Of a stretch of DNA of 64,000 nt, positions 1-10,327 are shown piece after piece (the stretch's first letter is position 1; the number at the start of each line of letters is the position of its first letter). Below the pieces are notes generated by a model. The model worked only from the letters and a program-made list of their open reading frames with translations, did no database searches and was not told the DNA's origin. This stretch comes from a virus, in the IMG/VR virus record IMGVR_UViG_3300037245_001167, positions 7,101 through 71,100 of that record, one strand, 5' to 3'. Made by a program: the position numbers and the translations under genes.

Positions 1-2
1 TG

Positions 3-1157
3 CGGCTGAACAAGAAAAAGGATCGAGCAGTTGAGCTTGAGCCAGCGAATGGCAAACCTATCGAAATTGTCAATCCTGAGTATTTCCGTTATGGCTCGTT
101 GAAGGCATTCAGGGGCAAAGATGCCAAGAGGGATGCATACTCGGCTGGTAAATGGCTTATGGCTACGGTTATGGGCCATACAGCGCAGGGTGCGGTAGCT
201 CGCCAGTGGTGTCGGGATCACGAAATTCGCGTCCAGACTGAAGGCATTAATACGGCCGGCGGCTTTATTGTGCCGACCGTAATGGAAACGGCGATTATCG
301 ACTTGCGAGAGGAATATGGTTTGTTCCGAAAAGAAGCAAGAATCCTGCCGATGTCGAGCGACCACACGCTTATTCCTCGTAGGTCTGGTGGGGTGGATGC
401 TTATTTTGTCGGCGAAACAACGGCAATTACCGAATCTGACAAGTCGTGGAATCAAGTCGAGCTAACGGCCAAGAAACTCGGAGCCCTTACTCGAATGAGT
501 ACCGACCTGAGCGAGGACTCAATCATCAATCTGGCTGATGATCTTGCTGGAGAAATGGCTTATGCCTTTGCAGTCAAAGAAGACGCTTGTGGAATCGACG
601 GCGACGGCACGGCGACTTACGGTAACATGACAGGAATCAGAACGATGATGATTGACGGTGCCCATGCAGGGAGTTTCTTCATCAATGTAACTCCGGGCGA
701 CCAGTGGAACGAAATCCTTGTCAGTGACCTGACCTCGACCGCGATGACCCTGCCAATGTATGCTCGTGCAAACGCAAAATGGTACTGCCATCCGTTAGTC
801 AAAGCGACAGTCTTTGATCGGCTGGCTTTGGCTATTGGCGGCAACTCCGCAGTTAATCTTGGTGAAGGTGCGATGCAGAAGTTTATGGGCTATCCCATTG
901 TCGAATCGGCATCTATGCCAAGCGTTGATGCCGGTACTGCAATGAATGGCCTGATCGGTATTATCTTCGGCGACATGAAACTCTCAACCACACTCGGCGA
1001 CCGTCGCGGCATTACCGTCAAGGTATCAACTGAGCGGTATCTGGAATATGACCAAATTGGTATTCAAGCTACGGAACGATTCTGCATCGTTAATCACGAC
1101 ATCGGCGGAGGGGCAGGCGTTTATGGCCCATTGCGCGGCTTGCAGATGAATACGTAA
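3..1157 (+). CDS. HK97-fold major capsid protein (5' end outside window)
   Basis: Frame open from position 3. Motifs GGFIVPT, AYFVGE, VELTAKKLGAL..S..L.EDS, FMGYPI, IIFGD, IGIQATER typical of the phage major capsid (HK97) family. Confidence 0.93.
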   Translation, partial: RLNKKKDRAVELEPANGKPIEIVNPEYFRYGSLKAFRGKDAKRDAYSAGKWLMATVMGHTAQGAVARQWCRDHEIRVQTEGINTAGGFIVPTVMETAIIDLREEYGLFRKEARILPMSSDHTLIPRRSGGVDAYFVGETTAITESDKSWNQVELTAKKLGALTRMSTDLSEDSIINLADDLAGEMAYAFAVKEDACGIDGDGTATYGNMTGIRTMMIDGAHAGSFFINVTPGDQWNEILVSDLTSTAMTLPMYARANAKWYCHPLVKATVFDRLALAIGGNSAVNLGEGAMQKFMGYPIVESASMPSVDAGTAMNGLIGIIFGDMKLSTTLGDRRGITVKVSTERYLEYDQIGIQATERFCIVNHDIGGGAGVYGPLRGLQMNT

Positions 1158-1175
1158 GATTGAATCAGAGATGAC

Positions 1176-1197
1176 CTCACCGGAATATGCCGGTGAG
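1176..1197 (+). terminator. Stem-loop after the capsid gene (partial terminator or mRNA stabiliser)
   Basis: CTCACCGG-aatatg-CCGGTGAG perfect 8-bp stem, no U-tract. Confidence 0.35.
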
Positions 1198-1227
1198 TAG
1201 AAACTTAAAACATAAGGAGTTAAAAAA

Positions 1228-1728
1228 ATGATACCTGCACAAAACGTAAAAACTATTTTGCTTCCCCCGAAATTGGCTACGGCTGACGGAACATTCGACA
1301 TGGCGTTCGACAGATCGGGATTCGATTATTGCGTTATCGATGTTTTAGTCGGGACAGGTGCCACAGACACAGGGTGTATTACCTCTCTCGAAGTTTTTGA
1401 GTCGGACACTGTAACGGTGGCATCGAGCATGACGAAAATTGTCGCACTAAGCGGAAGCGTGGCCACGTCTGCCACTTTCGGATATGCTATACCCGCCGGG
1501 AGCGCTACATCGATAGGGAATGTCATAACGTTGCAGTTCGATTTGAAGGGTCGCAAGAAGTATATCGGCCTTTACATGCTAACCTCAACGGCTGCTGGAT
1601 GTGCTGAAGTAGCTGCCGTTGCGAGACTGACGAGGGGTGAAGAGTCCCCAATCACAGCCGCTCAGCATGACGGTGTTAATTTGAGTGAAACGACAGTATC
1701 TGGTTGCATAACAGTTGTTTCTGCATAA
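1228..1728 (+). CDS. Putative capsid decoration/cement protein
   Basis: Directly after the capsid gene, strong RBS (aaggag), beta-rich Thr/Ala/Ser sequence, DLKGRKKYIGL motif like small post-capsid decoration proteins. Confidence 0.55.
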   Translation: MIPAQNVKTILLPPKLATADGTFDMAFDRSGFDYCVIDVLVGTGATDTGCITSLEVFESDTVTVASSMTKIVALSGSVATSATFGYAIPAGSATSIGNVITLQFDLKGRKKYIGLYMLTSTAAGCAEVAAVARLTRGEESPITAAQHDGVNLSETTVSGCITVVSA

Positions 1729-1815
1729 ATAGCTTTCATCTGTGGTGGGGGTGGGCGTTGGCCCGCCCTTGCCGCAGAGAAGCACAACAGATGAATAACA
1801 GATGAAAGGAAGAAC

Positions 1816-3630
1816 ATGGAAAAAGTAAAGATCAATCTTGGTGCCGGCGACGTTCCTATTGACGGGTATGTAAACATCGACCGCAAAACGGGACAAGAGG
1901 CGTATCCATTGGCTTACGAGGATAATTCAGTGGACGAGATACGCGCTTCGCACATCCTTGAACATTTCGGGATGAATGAAGTGCCTAAAGTGATAAAGAA
2001 CTGGGCAGACAAATTGAAACCGGGGGGGCTGCTTAAAATTGCAGTTCCTGATTTTGATAAGATTATCGAACAGTATAAGGCCGGCGATCCCAAGACAGCA
2101 GGATATGTTTGTGGCGGGCAAATTGACGACAACGATTACCACAAAAGCATATTCGACCGAAGATCACTAACTACGCATCTTGAAAAGGCGTGTCTATCTG
2201 ACATCAAGCATTGGGACAGCGAGATAGTCGATTGTGCAAGCCTGCCGGTCAGCCTTAATTTGCAAGCGACCAAGACAAGTGGAAGCCCTGAACTAAGAGA
2301 AATGCTTGATGGCTTTATGGCAAGGAAGAAAAATGTATATTCGCAGTATGGCGAAGATGGCATTATTGAAGCCATGTTTGAAAAAGTTGAGATAAAAAAT
2401 AAATGGTGTTTGGAAGTTGGTGCCGCTGATGGGATTTTGTTTTCAAATACTCGGCGATTGGTGGAGCAGGGCTGGAATGCCATTCTCGTCGAATCAGAGA
2501 AGCTTGCTTACGACAGGCTTGTTGAAAATTGCAAGGATTATCCGAATGCTCATCCTGTATTTGCAGAGATTGGGCAGGATTGCACATTAGAAAGCATTCT
2601 TGAGAAGTTTAATGCTCCCAAGGATATTGACTTGGTAGTTATTGATATAGACGGCCAAGATTACCACGTTGTTAATGCGATGATGAATTACAAGCCGAGG
2701 ATATTGGTCGTTGAGTATAAGCCAGAAATCGATACTGAATTTATTCCTACTCTTGGCGGCCAAGGACAGGCAGGTGCAGCGGCAATGGAACGGCTGGGCA
2801 GCTCTAAGGGGTATCGGGCTATGTTAATAACAGACTGTAATCTTATTATGATGCACAGTTCGTTATTCAAAATAGTTGATGAATCAAAAATTCCAGCTAT
2901 GCCGAGGCCGGAAACAGTAAGTACAAAAATAGGGGCAATTATGTCATGTCCCCGTCTTGGATTTACCAATAATTTAATGTGTCATACTAAAGTTTTCGCG
3001 CCGATGGGAATTGATTTTAATGTGGGATATGGCGTGTTCTGGGCACAGATACTTACAAGGATGATAGAGGAGCAAATAGCAAAAGGTATGGACTTGATTG
3101 CCATTTTGGATTATGATAGCTATTATCTAAAAGAGCATTTCTTGGCATTATGTCAGATTATGTTGAGTCATCCGGAAGCCGATGCCATTTTGCCGGTACA
3201 AATTAAGCGGGAAAATGACAGGGTACTGGCTGGCGTAGATGACCCGGTTAAGGCCAACTGTGAATATGAAGCCGATACTGAATTAATTGAAATCGATACC
3301 GGGCATTTCGGCTTAACTTTATTCAGAGCATCGTCATTCGCCAAACTCAAAAAGCCGTGGTTCCTTGCCGTACCGGATAAAAAGGGTGAATGGGGCGATG
3401 GCAAGCTGGATGATGACATTTATTTCTGGAAGAACTTGAGAAAGAGCGGGCTTAAAGCATTTCTTACGCCGCAGGTTTTGATTGGTCACATGCAACTCAT
3501 GGTGACGTGGCCCGGCACTTTCGAGAAAGGGTCAAAACCAATTCATCAGTATATAAATACTTGCACCGAAGAAGGCATTCCAGATTGTTGCAGGGTTTCT
3601 AAAAATTATGTTCCAAAACAAATAAAATAA
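1816..3630 (+). CDS. Three-domain enzyme: class I SAM methyltransferase + FkbM-like methyltransferase + GT-A (GT2-like) glycosyltransferase
   Basis: INLGAG..GYVNID..ASHILEH..LKPGG; YSQYGEDGII..LEVGAADG..SNT..VIDIDGQDY; ILDYD..GHFGLTLF..DDDIYFW..IGHM. Confidence 0.75.
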   Translation: MEKVKINLGAGDVPIDGYVNIDRKTGQEAYPLAYEDNSVDEIRASHILEHFGMNEVPKVIKNWADKLKPGGLLKIAVPDFDKIIEQYKAGDPKTAGYVCGGQIDDNDYHKSIFDRRSLTTHLEKACLSDIKHWDSEIVDCASLPVSLNLQATKTSGSPELREMLDGFMARKKNVYSQYGEDGIIEAMFEKVEIKNKWCLEVGAADGILFSNTRRLVEQGWNAILVESEKLAYDRLVENCKDYPNAHPVFAEIGQDCTLESILEKFNAPKDIDLVVIDIDGQDYHVVNAMMNYKPRILVVEYKPEIDTEFIPTLGGQGQAGAAAMERLGSSKGYRAMLITDCNLIMMHSSLFKIVDESKIPAMPRPETVSTKIGAIMSCPRLGFTNNLMCHTKVFAPMGIDFNVGYGVFWAQILTRMIEEQIAKGMDLIAILDYDSYYLKEHFLALCQIMLSHPEADAILPVQIKRENDRVLAGVDDPVKANCEYEADTELIEIDTGHFGLTLFRASSFAKLKKPWFLAVPDKKGEWGDGKLDDDIYFWKNLRKSGLKAFLTPQVLIGHMQLMVTWPGTFEKGSKPIHQYINTCTEEGIPDCCRVSKNYVPKQIK

Positions 3631-3645
3631 TAAGGAGAATTTGAA

Positions 3646-3969
3646 ATGAAGAAAATCAAAATGAGAATGTTAAAAGCGTGGGGGCCGTTTGTCCCCGGAC
3701 AGATTGTGGTATTTGCCGAGAGCAAAGCGAAGTGGGCGATTGGCGATGGTATTGCTGAGAAATACAAGATCAGCAAGGCCGAAATAAAAGCCAAGGCCCA
3801 GGCTGAAAAGGACGCCAAAGACAAGGCTAAAAAGGAGGCCAAAGATGCTAAAGACAAGGCTGAGAAAGAGGCCAAACAAAAAGCGGAAGCTGAAACCGCA
3901 ATGGTTGAGCCAGTTGCCGAGACAGCCGACGTCAGACCGTTGGGCAATAAAAAGAAAAGGGGTAAATGA
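3646..3969 (+). CDS. Lys/Ala/Glu-rich small phage protein
   Basis: RBS aaggag; AEKDAKDKAKKEAK repeats; N-terminal ..PGQIV..A.WAIGDGIAE module like small head-region genes. Confidence 0.5.
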   Translation: MKKIKMRMLKAWGPFVPGQIVVFAESKAKWAIGDGIAEKYKISKAEIKAKAQAEKDAKDKAKKEAKDAKDKAEKEAKQKAEAETAMVEPVAETADVRPLGNKKKRGK

Positions 3970-4307
3970 TGGGTAGTGAAGCATTGAAAATTCACAGGGC
4001 CACCGGCAATGTGGCGATAGCTTCGACCCTCGCGGCTACCAGGCCAATTAACATTGTGGCCGTCAAGCTGCACTTGTCTGCCGCAGGCGGTGCCGCCGAG
4101 AACTTTACTGTCACAATAGATTCGGCCACAGACCCCGTCTACGATACGGTTTTATTCAGTCAGGACATGACGACTGTGCAGGACATCTCCTGGGTTCCTG
4201 AATCGCCAATTCCGGTAATGGGTAACGACGAGATTGACTTTGCTTACAATAACGGCAACACCAGAACCTATGGTCTTGAGGTCACATATAGCCTGATAGG
4301 AGTATGA
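3966..4307 (+). CDS. Hypothetical virion-type protein
   Basis: Translationally coupled, beta-rich composition. Confidence 0.5.
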   Translation: MMGSEALKIHRATGNVAIASTLAATRPINIVAVKLHLSAAGGAAENFTVTIDSATDPVYDTVLFSQDMTTVQDISWVPESPIPVMGNDEIDFAYNNGNTRTYGLEVTYSLIGV

Positions 4308-4308
4308 T

Positions 4309-4773
4309 ATGCTGACGATAAACGGGAAAATTACTGAATTATTCTCGGATGTTCAGGTGAACGGTTCGCTGAAATTGGCAGATGGCTCGACAGGTGGTCT
4401 TTCGATTGTAGCTGCCGAAGCAGCAGCGGATATAGCGGCGGCGGCCACGATTACGATTCATGTTAATGTGCCGACTGGCTCGCGGCTATTGGGCTGCCAG
4501 TTGCGGGTTGATGCCGCTCTGGCTGCTACCGAAACATGGGACGCTGTATATGTGACCGGGGCAACTCAGTCGATAGCCACAAATCAGGCGGTTGCTGTCA
4601 ATACCAAGGTCGTCCAGCATTTCGACGTCAATACGGATACCGATATAGCATCTGGTGAAGTCGATATAACTATCGAAAAGAATTCTAATCCCGGCGTCGA
4701 TGCTTTTTCTGCTCAAGGTAATATTCGGGCGATTGTGTATTACACAGCATTTAACGCGATGGCGGACGTATAG
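4309..4773 (+). CDS. Hypothetical virion-type protein
   Basis: Coupled ORF with RBS ggag; Ala/Thr/Val-rich. Confidence 0.5.
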   Translation: MLTINGKITELFSDVQVNGSLKLADGSTGGLSIVAAEAAADIAAAATITIHVNVPTGSRLLGCQLRVDAALAATETWDAVYVTGATQSIATNQAVAVNTKVVQHFDVNTDTDIASGEVDITIEKNSNPGVDAFSAQGNIRAIVYYTAFNAMADV

Positions 4774-4784
4774 AAAGGCATATT

Positions 4785-5228
4785 ATGTTGATGTTGGATG
4801 GAAGACTATCGACGAATCAGCAAGTCGAGGCACTGGGCAAGAACAATCTGATACAGGATATCACATTTGCCAATAGTACCGGAACCGTGTCTGTATTTAC
4901 CGTTACCGGGGATGTTCTTATTAGGATCATTCCTATTATTACAACGGACTGTGTGCCGAATACAACGGCGAACATCCGGTTAGGGGTTGTCGGAAATACC
5001 GATGCGATGATTGTCGATTCTGCGAGTGCCGACCTTGACGCTCGCGGCATTTGGGTAGATCAGACCCCGGACAACGAAATCGAGCCGATAGATCGCATCC
5101 GGTCATATATAGTCACGGACGGTAACGATGTCGTTTTGACTTTGGATGCTCAAGTTAATAGCGGCGTGATTAGATTCTATGGCTTTTGGACTCCAATTTC
5201 GGGGGATGGCATGGTGATAAATGCATGA
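4785..5228 (+). CDS. Hypothetical virion-type protein
   Basis: RBS aaagg; beta-sandwich-like composition. Confidence 0.5.
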   Translation: MLMLDGRLSTNQQVEALGKNNLIQDITFANSTGTVSVFTVTGDVLIRIIPIITTDCVPNTTANIRLGVVGNTDAMIVDSASADLDARGIWVDQTPDNEIEPIDRIRSYIVTDGNDVVLTLDAQVNSGVIRFYGFWTPISGDGMVINA

Positions 5229-5264
5229 GAATGAACACATACGAGTGCGAAAGGTGAGTGTGTA

Positions 5265-5711
5265 ATGGCTAAAGAACACATAGCGGGCAGAGCGACTACT
5301 TTTGACAAGGTCGAGGTAATGGAGGAGCACATGCACAGTATCAGTCAGGTATATCCAACGCTCGTTGTTGGGATACCTATACTTGCCGGTGCTGCTGGGC
5401 CTCCGTGGGTACCTGGCAATTTTGTTGAGTTAATACCCGTAAACACAATCGGCGAGGATTTCGACATTCACTGGTTAGTTATTGAAGGCATATCTAACGA
5501 TGGAATATACGAACTCGTATTTTATGCGGCAACGACAGAAATATCAAGGGTAAGATTTTCCGCCGAAGCAGGCGTAGGTGGAACAGTCACTTACTCTCCA
5601 ATTCCGATACAAACGAGAATACAGCCAAAGAATACTCAAATACAATGCAAGCTCGCGTGTTCTGCGGGGGCAGAGACGGCAACTATTTCAGTTATCTATC
5701 ACGAATATTAA
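5265..5711 (+). CDS. Hypothetical virion-type protein
   Basis: RBS ggtga; beta-rich. Confidence 0.5.
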   Translation: MAKEHIAGRATTFDKVEVMEEHMHSISQVYPTLVVGIPILAGAAGPPWVPGNFVELIPVNTIGEDFDIHWLVIEGISNDGIYELVFYAATTEISRVRFSAEAGVGGTVTYSPIPIQTRIQPKNTQIQCKLACSAGAETATISVIYHEY

Positions 5712-5738
5712 AAACAGATGAACAGATGGAAGAAAGAC

Positions 5739-6689
5739 ATGAAATATATCCTTAAAAACTATCAGAGTCCCGGCGACATCGTAATGCTGACGGCTGCGGT
5801 TAGAGATTTGAAACTATCGCATCCCGAAATAGAGATCGATGTCGATACCGGCTGCTCGGAGTTGTGGGAGAACAATCCCCATCTCACTAAGGGAATTGAC
5901 GGCAAGCGTATCAAAGCCGATTACCCTCTAATTCACGAGAGCAATGAAGGCCAGCATCATTTCATCCACGCCTTCAGGCAGTTTTTGGAGAAGGAACTGG
6001 ATGTCAGAATAAAGCCGACAACATTCAAAGGTGATATTCATATCAGCGACGAGGAGAAAGGCTGGACTTCGCAAGTCGAGGACATGGGGATTAAAGACAG
6101 GTTCTGGATTATCAATGCAGGCGGCAAGTACGACTTCACCGCTAAATGGTGGAGCCTAATTTCGTATCAGAAGGTGATTAACCACTTCAAAGGCAAGATT
6201 ACATTTGTTCAGGTTGGACAGAAGGAGCATTGGCATCCAAAACTGCACGGCGTCGTGGACCTAATCGGCAAGACCGACCTGCGGCAGTTGATTCGTCTGG
6301 TATATCATTCATCCGGTGTGGTTACGGGGGTTAGCCTACTGATGCACCTTGCAGCGGCCATAGAGTCGAAGCACGGCCTGTTAAACCGGCCGGGGGTAAT
6401 TATAGCTGGTGGCAGGGAACCCGTGCAGTGGGAGGCGTACCCGCACCACAGATACCTTGCTGTTAATGGCGCAATGACCTGCTGCGATAACGGCGGATGC
6501 TGGAAGAGCCGGTGCCAGTTGGTGGGCGATGGCGATAAGAAGGATACCGAGGAATTATGCCTGCATCCGGTCGAACTCAGGACGAAGCCGCCGATCCGAA
6601 TCCCGAAGTGCATGGACATGATTAAGGCCGAGGATGTGATACGTGCAATTCAGACATATTACACCGGGGGCGTATTGGAGTTCAATTGA
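5739..6689 (+). CDS. GT9 (heptosyltransferase-like, GT-B) glycosyltransferase
   Basis: SPGDIVMLTAAVRDLK..HP, LWENNPH, K.W, DLIGKTDLRQL, SLLMHLAAA. Confidence 0.85.
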   Translation: MKYILKNYQSPGDIVMLTAAVRDLKLSHPEIEIDVDTGCSELWENNPHLTKGIDGKRIKADYPLIHESNEGQHHFIHAFRQFLEKELDVRIKPTTFKGDIHISDEEKGWTSQVEDMGIKDRFWIINAGGKYDFTAKWWSLISYQKVINHFKGKITFVQVGQKEHWHPKLHGVVDLIGKTDLRQLIRLVYHSSGVVTGVSLLMHLAAAIESKHGLLNRPGVIIAGGREPVQWEAYPHHRYLAVNGAMTCCDNGGCWKSRCQLVGDGDKKDTEELCLHPVELRTKPPIRIPKCMDMIKAEDVIRAIQTYYTGGVLEFN

Positions 6690-6954
6690 AAGGAGAGTAA
6701 GAAATGGAAACCGATACAATAGAACGGGCATGTCTGAAAATATTGTCTGGATTAAAATCTGGAAGATTTACGAGACTGGAATTGGAAATGCTATATGCAC
6801 TTTTTTCAAAACTGGTTGGAATAACCAAGAAAATGTTAGGAAAGTAAGATATGAAAACAAAAAATAGAAAGTCCATTCTTGTTCCAATACCAAGGAGCAT
6901 AAACCGTTGGATACAGCGCAACAAAGTAACTAAAGGAAAAAAGGGAATAGACTA

Positions 6955-7977
6955 TTGATAGCGATATTCTCAAAATTTGATATGGATGGCGGCTCAGAGC
7001 GAAGGTGCGTAGAGCTTGCCAATGGGATAATGAGGCACACGCCTCATCGCGCATGTATTCTGGCCGAGAAGGAATTTCCTGAGTCGCTGAAGGTATTGGT
7101 TGATGAGGGGGTAACGATAGTCCCAAACGCTCTATTAAAGCCGGAACACTTTGTTACAGCCCGATGTGTGATTGTAGTTAATACCGACTGCCGGGAGTTC
7201 TCTACGATGGATTATTGGAGTGGGAAAAGCCATCGTCATTCCACGCCAGTTCCCATTAGGAATATTAAGAAGATGCTGTTCTTATATAATTTCTTAGTGA
7301 GTCCGTCTCAGCACTTGCACGAAATCGCGGAGTTTGTGAATGTTGGTATTATCACAACCAACCTGAAATTTTATAACGAGATAACCAAGCAGGACAGGTA
7401 CGAAAGGATTCGGACATTACCGAGATATATTTTGGGCAGCCCAATCGACCCCGGTGCTATAAAGGTCAGGGTGCGTGATAAGGCCAAAATTTTCGGCTGT
7501 CATTCCAAGCGGCTCGGCAGTAAGTGGAATCCCGACTGGCCGAAGTTGGAAGAGAAGATAACGCGCAGATATTCATTGGCAGAGTTTCGATTTATGGGGA
7601 TGAAGGACTCCATCGCCAAGGGCATGAAAGGGTCGTGTCTCAAAGAGAACGAAAAGCCGGTAGCCGATTTTCTCGACGAGCTGGATGTGTTCGTATTCTT
7701 CCCTGAGTACAAGCGTGAGGAGCCGTGGGCAAGGGTTATCGCCGAGGCTATGGTGGCTGGCCTGCCGATAGTGGCTCTTAATAGGGGTGGGACTTCCGAT
7801 CAGGTTCTCACGTGGAATAATGGGATATTGTGCAAGAAGTTCGATGATTATCACAAGGCTCTTGTTTACCTGATAGAGCATCCAAAAGTGATAGAGACAA
7901 TGAGCCGGAACTCTATACGTATATCAAAAGAGTTTCATACCGAGAACGTAATCAAGAAGTTGATGGAGATTATCTGA
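6955..7977 (+). CDS. GT4-type (GT-B) glycosyltransferase
   Basis: N-terminal GGSER; C-terminal DVFVF..EEPWARVIAEAMVAGLPIVA.NRGG (EX7E), NGIL. Confidence 0.85.
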   Translation: MIAIFSKFDMDGGSERRCVELANGIMRHTPHRACILAEKEFPESLKVLVDEGVTIVPNALLKPEHFVTARCVIVVNTDCREFSTMDYWSGKSHRHSTPVPIRNIKKMLFLYNFLVSPSQHLHEIAEFVNVGIITTNLKFYNEITKQDRYERIRTLPRYILGSPIDPGAIKVRVRDKAKIFGCHSKRLGSKWNPDWPKLEEKITRRYSLAEFRFMGMKDSIAKGMKGSCLKENEKPVADFLDELDVFVFFPEYKREEPWARVIAEAMVAGLPIVALNRGGTSDQVLTWNNGILCKKFDDYHKALVYLIEHPKVIETMSRNSIRISKEFHTENVIKKLMEII

Positions 7978-8134
7978 TATGGGTAAGGCGACAATAATAA
8001 CGAGGTTTTGGTTTTGGGTATATCGTTGGTCACGAAGACTGACAGATTATTCTGAAAAAACAGCCGATCATCGCTATTTTAGAGAATGCAACCCAAATTC
8101 GATATGGCGGTCAGAGTTAAGGGACTAAAATAGT

Positions 8135-8956
8135 ATGATTCCGTGCAAAGCGATGACAATGTGGGATGGTGAGATAAAAGAGCCAGTCGTCAAACAATAC
8201 ACGATATCTTTTTGTATGAGCTGCCAGAATAGGATGCACAATTTGCGGGGTACTTTATTAGATAACCTAAAGAGGAATGAATCTTATCCATATTCAAATT
8301 TTATCTTAGTGGATTATAATTCTCAGGACGGATTGGAAGGCTGGGTAAAAGATAACACGATGGAACATATCGAAAGCGGGCGACTTGTCTATTATAAGAT
8401 GGTTGATCCGCAGCCGAAATACTTTAACTTTAGTCATGCAAGGAACGTATCCTTCCTCCTTGCAGATGGTGAGATAGTCAATAATCTTGATATCGACAAC
8501 TGGATATACAATGACAAAAACGGGAGGCAGAAGGGAATGTGCTGGGCGGCCTACCTGAATCTTCTTGCTAATCAGCAGAGCAGCAAGGTCATATTCGCCA
8601 AAGGCCGGAGGCGGATGCACGGCAGGTGCGGATTCTACAAAGACGAGTTTGTGAATGTCCTGGGCGGGTACGATGAAGGTATAAAAACGTATGAGGATTA
8701 TGACCTTGTTATCCGAGCGTGGAATTTGGGATTCACGATGTATTATTGGGGTGGCTGTTTTGAGAAACGGATTCACACAACAGTAGAAGAAAGAGACTCT
8801 GGTTGCGAGGGTGATTTCTTTGAGGGGGTAGAAAAAGCGAGAAGTAAGTCAGAAAGCAATGTGAGGAACAAGATATTCAAAGCAAACGCAGGCAGGCAGT
8901 GGGGCAAAGCTACTCTTATAAAGAACTTTACAGAGGAAGTAACGATATGGGCATGA
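8135..8956 (+). CDS. GT2/GT7C-like glycosyltransferase
   Basis: ISFC.SC.NR, ILVDYNSQDG, FSHARN, NLDID (DxD), LGGYDEG..YEDYDL..R. Confidence 0.85.
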   Translation: MIPCKAMTMWDGEIKEPVVKQYTISFCMSCQNRMHNLRGTLLDNLKRNESYPYSNFILVDYNSQDGLEGWVKDNTMEHIESGRLVYYKMVDPQPKYFNFSHARNVSFLLADGEIVNNLDIDNWIYNDKNGRQKGMCWAAYLNLLANQQSSKVIFAKGRRRMHGRCGFYKDEFVNVLGGYDEGIKTYEDYDLVIRAWNLGFTMYYWGGCFEKRIHTTVEERDSGCEGDFFEGVEKARSKSESNVRNKIFKANAGRQWGKATLIKNFTEEVTIWA

Positions 8957-9576
8957 ATACAGATTCATACGATTTCTTATTGGAGTCAACGAAGGCTGTT
9001 GGGATAAAAACCTTCAGAGATAAATGGCTGCTTGAATTAGGTAATCAATATATAAGGCCAAATCTCAGGACGAATCACAAGATTAACACTGAGATGTCAA
9101 AAGTCCACTTCCTCAACATGGGCTGTTATCACCATTCTATTGATTGGAATGGTAAGGACGGGGCTATACCTATTGACTTAACTTATCCCGTTCCCATACC
9201 TAAATTTATGAAGTGCTTTGATATTGTAACTGACTTCGGCGATATGGAGCATGTACGTGGATTCAGGGATTGGATGGAGGGGCTTGGGCATTGGAACGCA
9301 TGGAAGAACATTCACGATATGGGCAAGGTGGATTGTCTATATGTTCATACAGTGCCGATGGTCGGGTCATTCACGCATCACGGAAGTTATCATTATACGA
9401 TTGAGTTCTTTGAGAAATTATGCAAAGCGAATGACTACGAGATAGTGGCGTTGAGGTCAGTACAGTGCGATCCTCGAACCAAGACAAGAGAGTATGTATT
9501 TTGCTCGTATGTAAAAAGTGTAGACCAGGGCTTCGCCCCTGTACATGAAGTATTCAAGGGGTGGCTCCATCGCTAA
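8947..9576 (+). CDS. Putative SAM-dependent methyltransferase
   Basis: LLELGNQ, SIDWNG..IDL, FDIVTDFGDMEHV resemble class I methyltransferase motifs; sits in the glycosylation cluster. Confidence 0.6.
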   Translation: MGMNTDSYDFLLESTKAVGIKTFRDKWLLELGNQYIRPNLRTNHKINTEMSKVHFLNMGCYHHSIDWNGKDGAIPIDLTYPVPIPKFMKCFDIVTDFGDMEHVRGFRDWMEGLGHWNAWKNIHDMGKVDCLYVHTVPMVGSFTHHGSYHYTIEFFEKLCKANDYEIVALRSVQCDPRTKTREYVFCSYVKSVDQGFAPVHEVFKGWLHR

Positions 9577-10327
9577 AGTACATAGAATAAGTTTCTGCAC
9601 GACCTGTATGAACAGGCTGGATGATTTGATGATTACGCTGCCGGCGAATATCTATGCGAACGAGGATTATCCAGATTTGGAGTTTGTCCTGCTGGATTAT
9701 AATTCGTCTGATGGATTAGGTAATTGGATCAGGCACAGAATGATGAAGCATATCAATAGTGGCCGATTGGTCTATTACCGAACCGAAGATCCTGAGCATT
9801 ACAGCATGACCCATTCGCGTAACGTGGCGTTCAAGTTGGCGACTGGTGATATTGTCAATAGTGTGGATGCTGACAACTTTACTTTTGATGGTACGCCGGT
9901 GGCCGTGTCATTTGCACACTGGCTCAATGACCGCGCGAATGAGAACCCAGAAAAGACAGTATTTTGCAAGACGAAGCAGATAACCGTTATGCACGGGCGG
10001 ATAGGTTTTTACAAGAATGAGTTCATGGAGCTGGGCGGGTACAATGAGGATTTCAAAGGCTATGGGCACGACGACTTGGATTTAGTAGATAGGGCTGTGG
10101 CGTTAGGCTTCAAACTCGTCAAGTGGGGAAGTGGATATTTTTACCGAATCCAGACGTCATCAAAAAAGAAGGATATCAATCTTTCTGAGCATTGGGACAA
10201 GACGAGGCGGGAGAACAGGGAACTCTCGTGGAAGAACCTTGCCGAGAGTGTATTCGTAGCCAATCAAGGCAGGGAATGGGGCAAGGCAATCGTGACGAAG
10301 AATTTCAAAGAAAAGGTGGAAATATGA
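9545..10327 (+). CDS. GT2/GT7C-like glycosyltransferase, paralog of 8135..8956
   Basis: ISFCTTCMNR, LLDYNSSDG, HSRNVAF, SVDAD, LGGYNE.F.GYGHDD.DL. Confidence 0.85.
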   Translation: MKYSRGGSIAKVHRISFCTTCMNRLDDLMITLPANIYANEDYPDLEFVLLDYNSSDGLGNWIRHRMMKHINSGRLVYYRTEDPEHYSMTHSRNVAFKLATGDIVNSVDADNFTFDGTPVAVSFAHWLNDRANENPEKTVFCKTKQITVMHGRIGFYKNEFMELGGYNEDFKGYGHDDLDLVDRAVALGFKLVKWGSGYFYRIQTSSKKKDINLSEHWDKTRRENRELSWKNLAESVFVANQGREWGKAIVTKNFKEKVEI

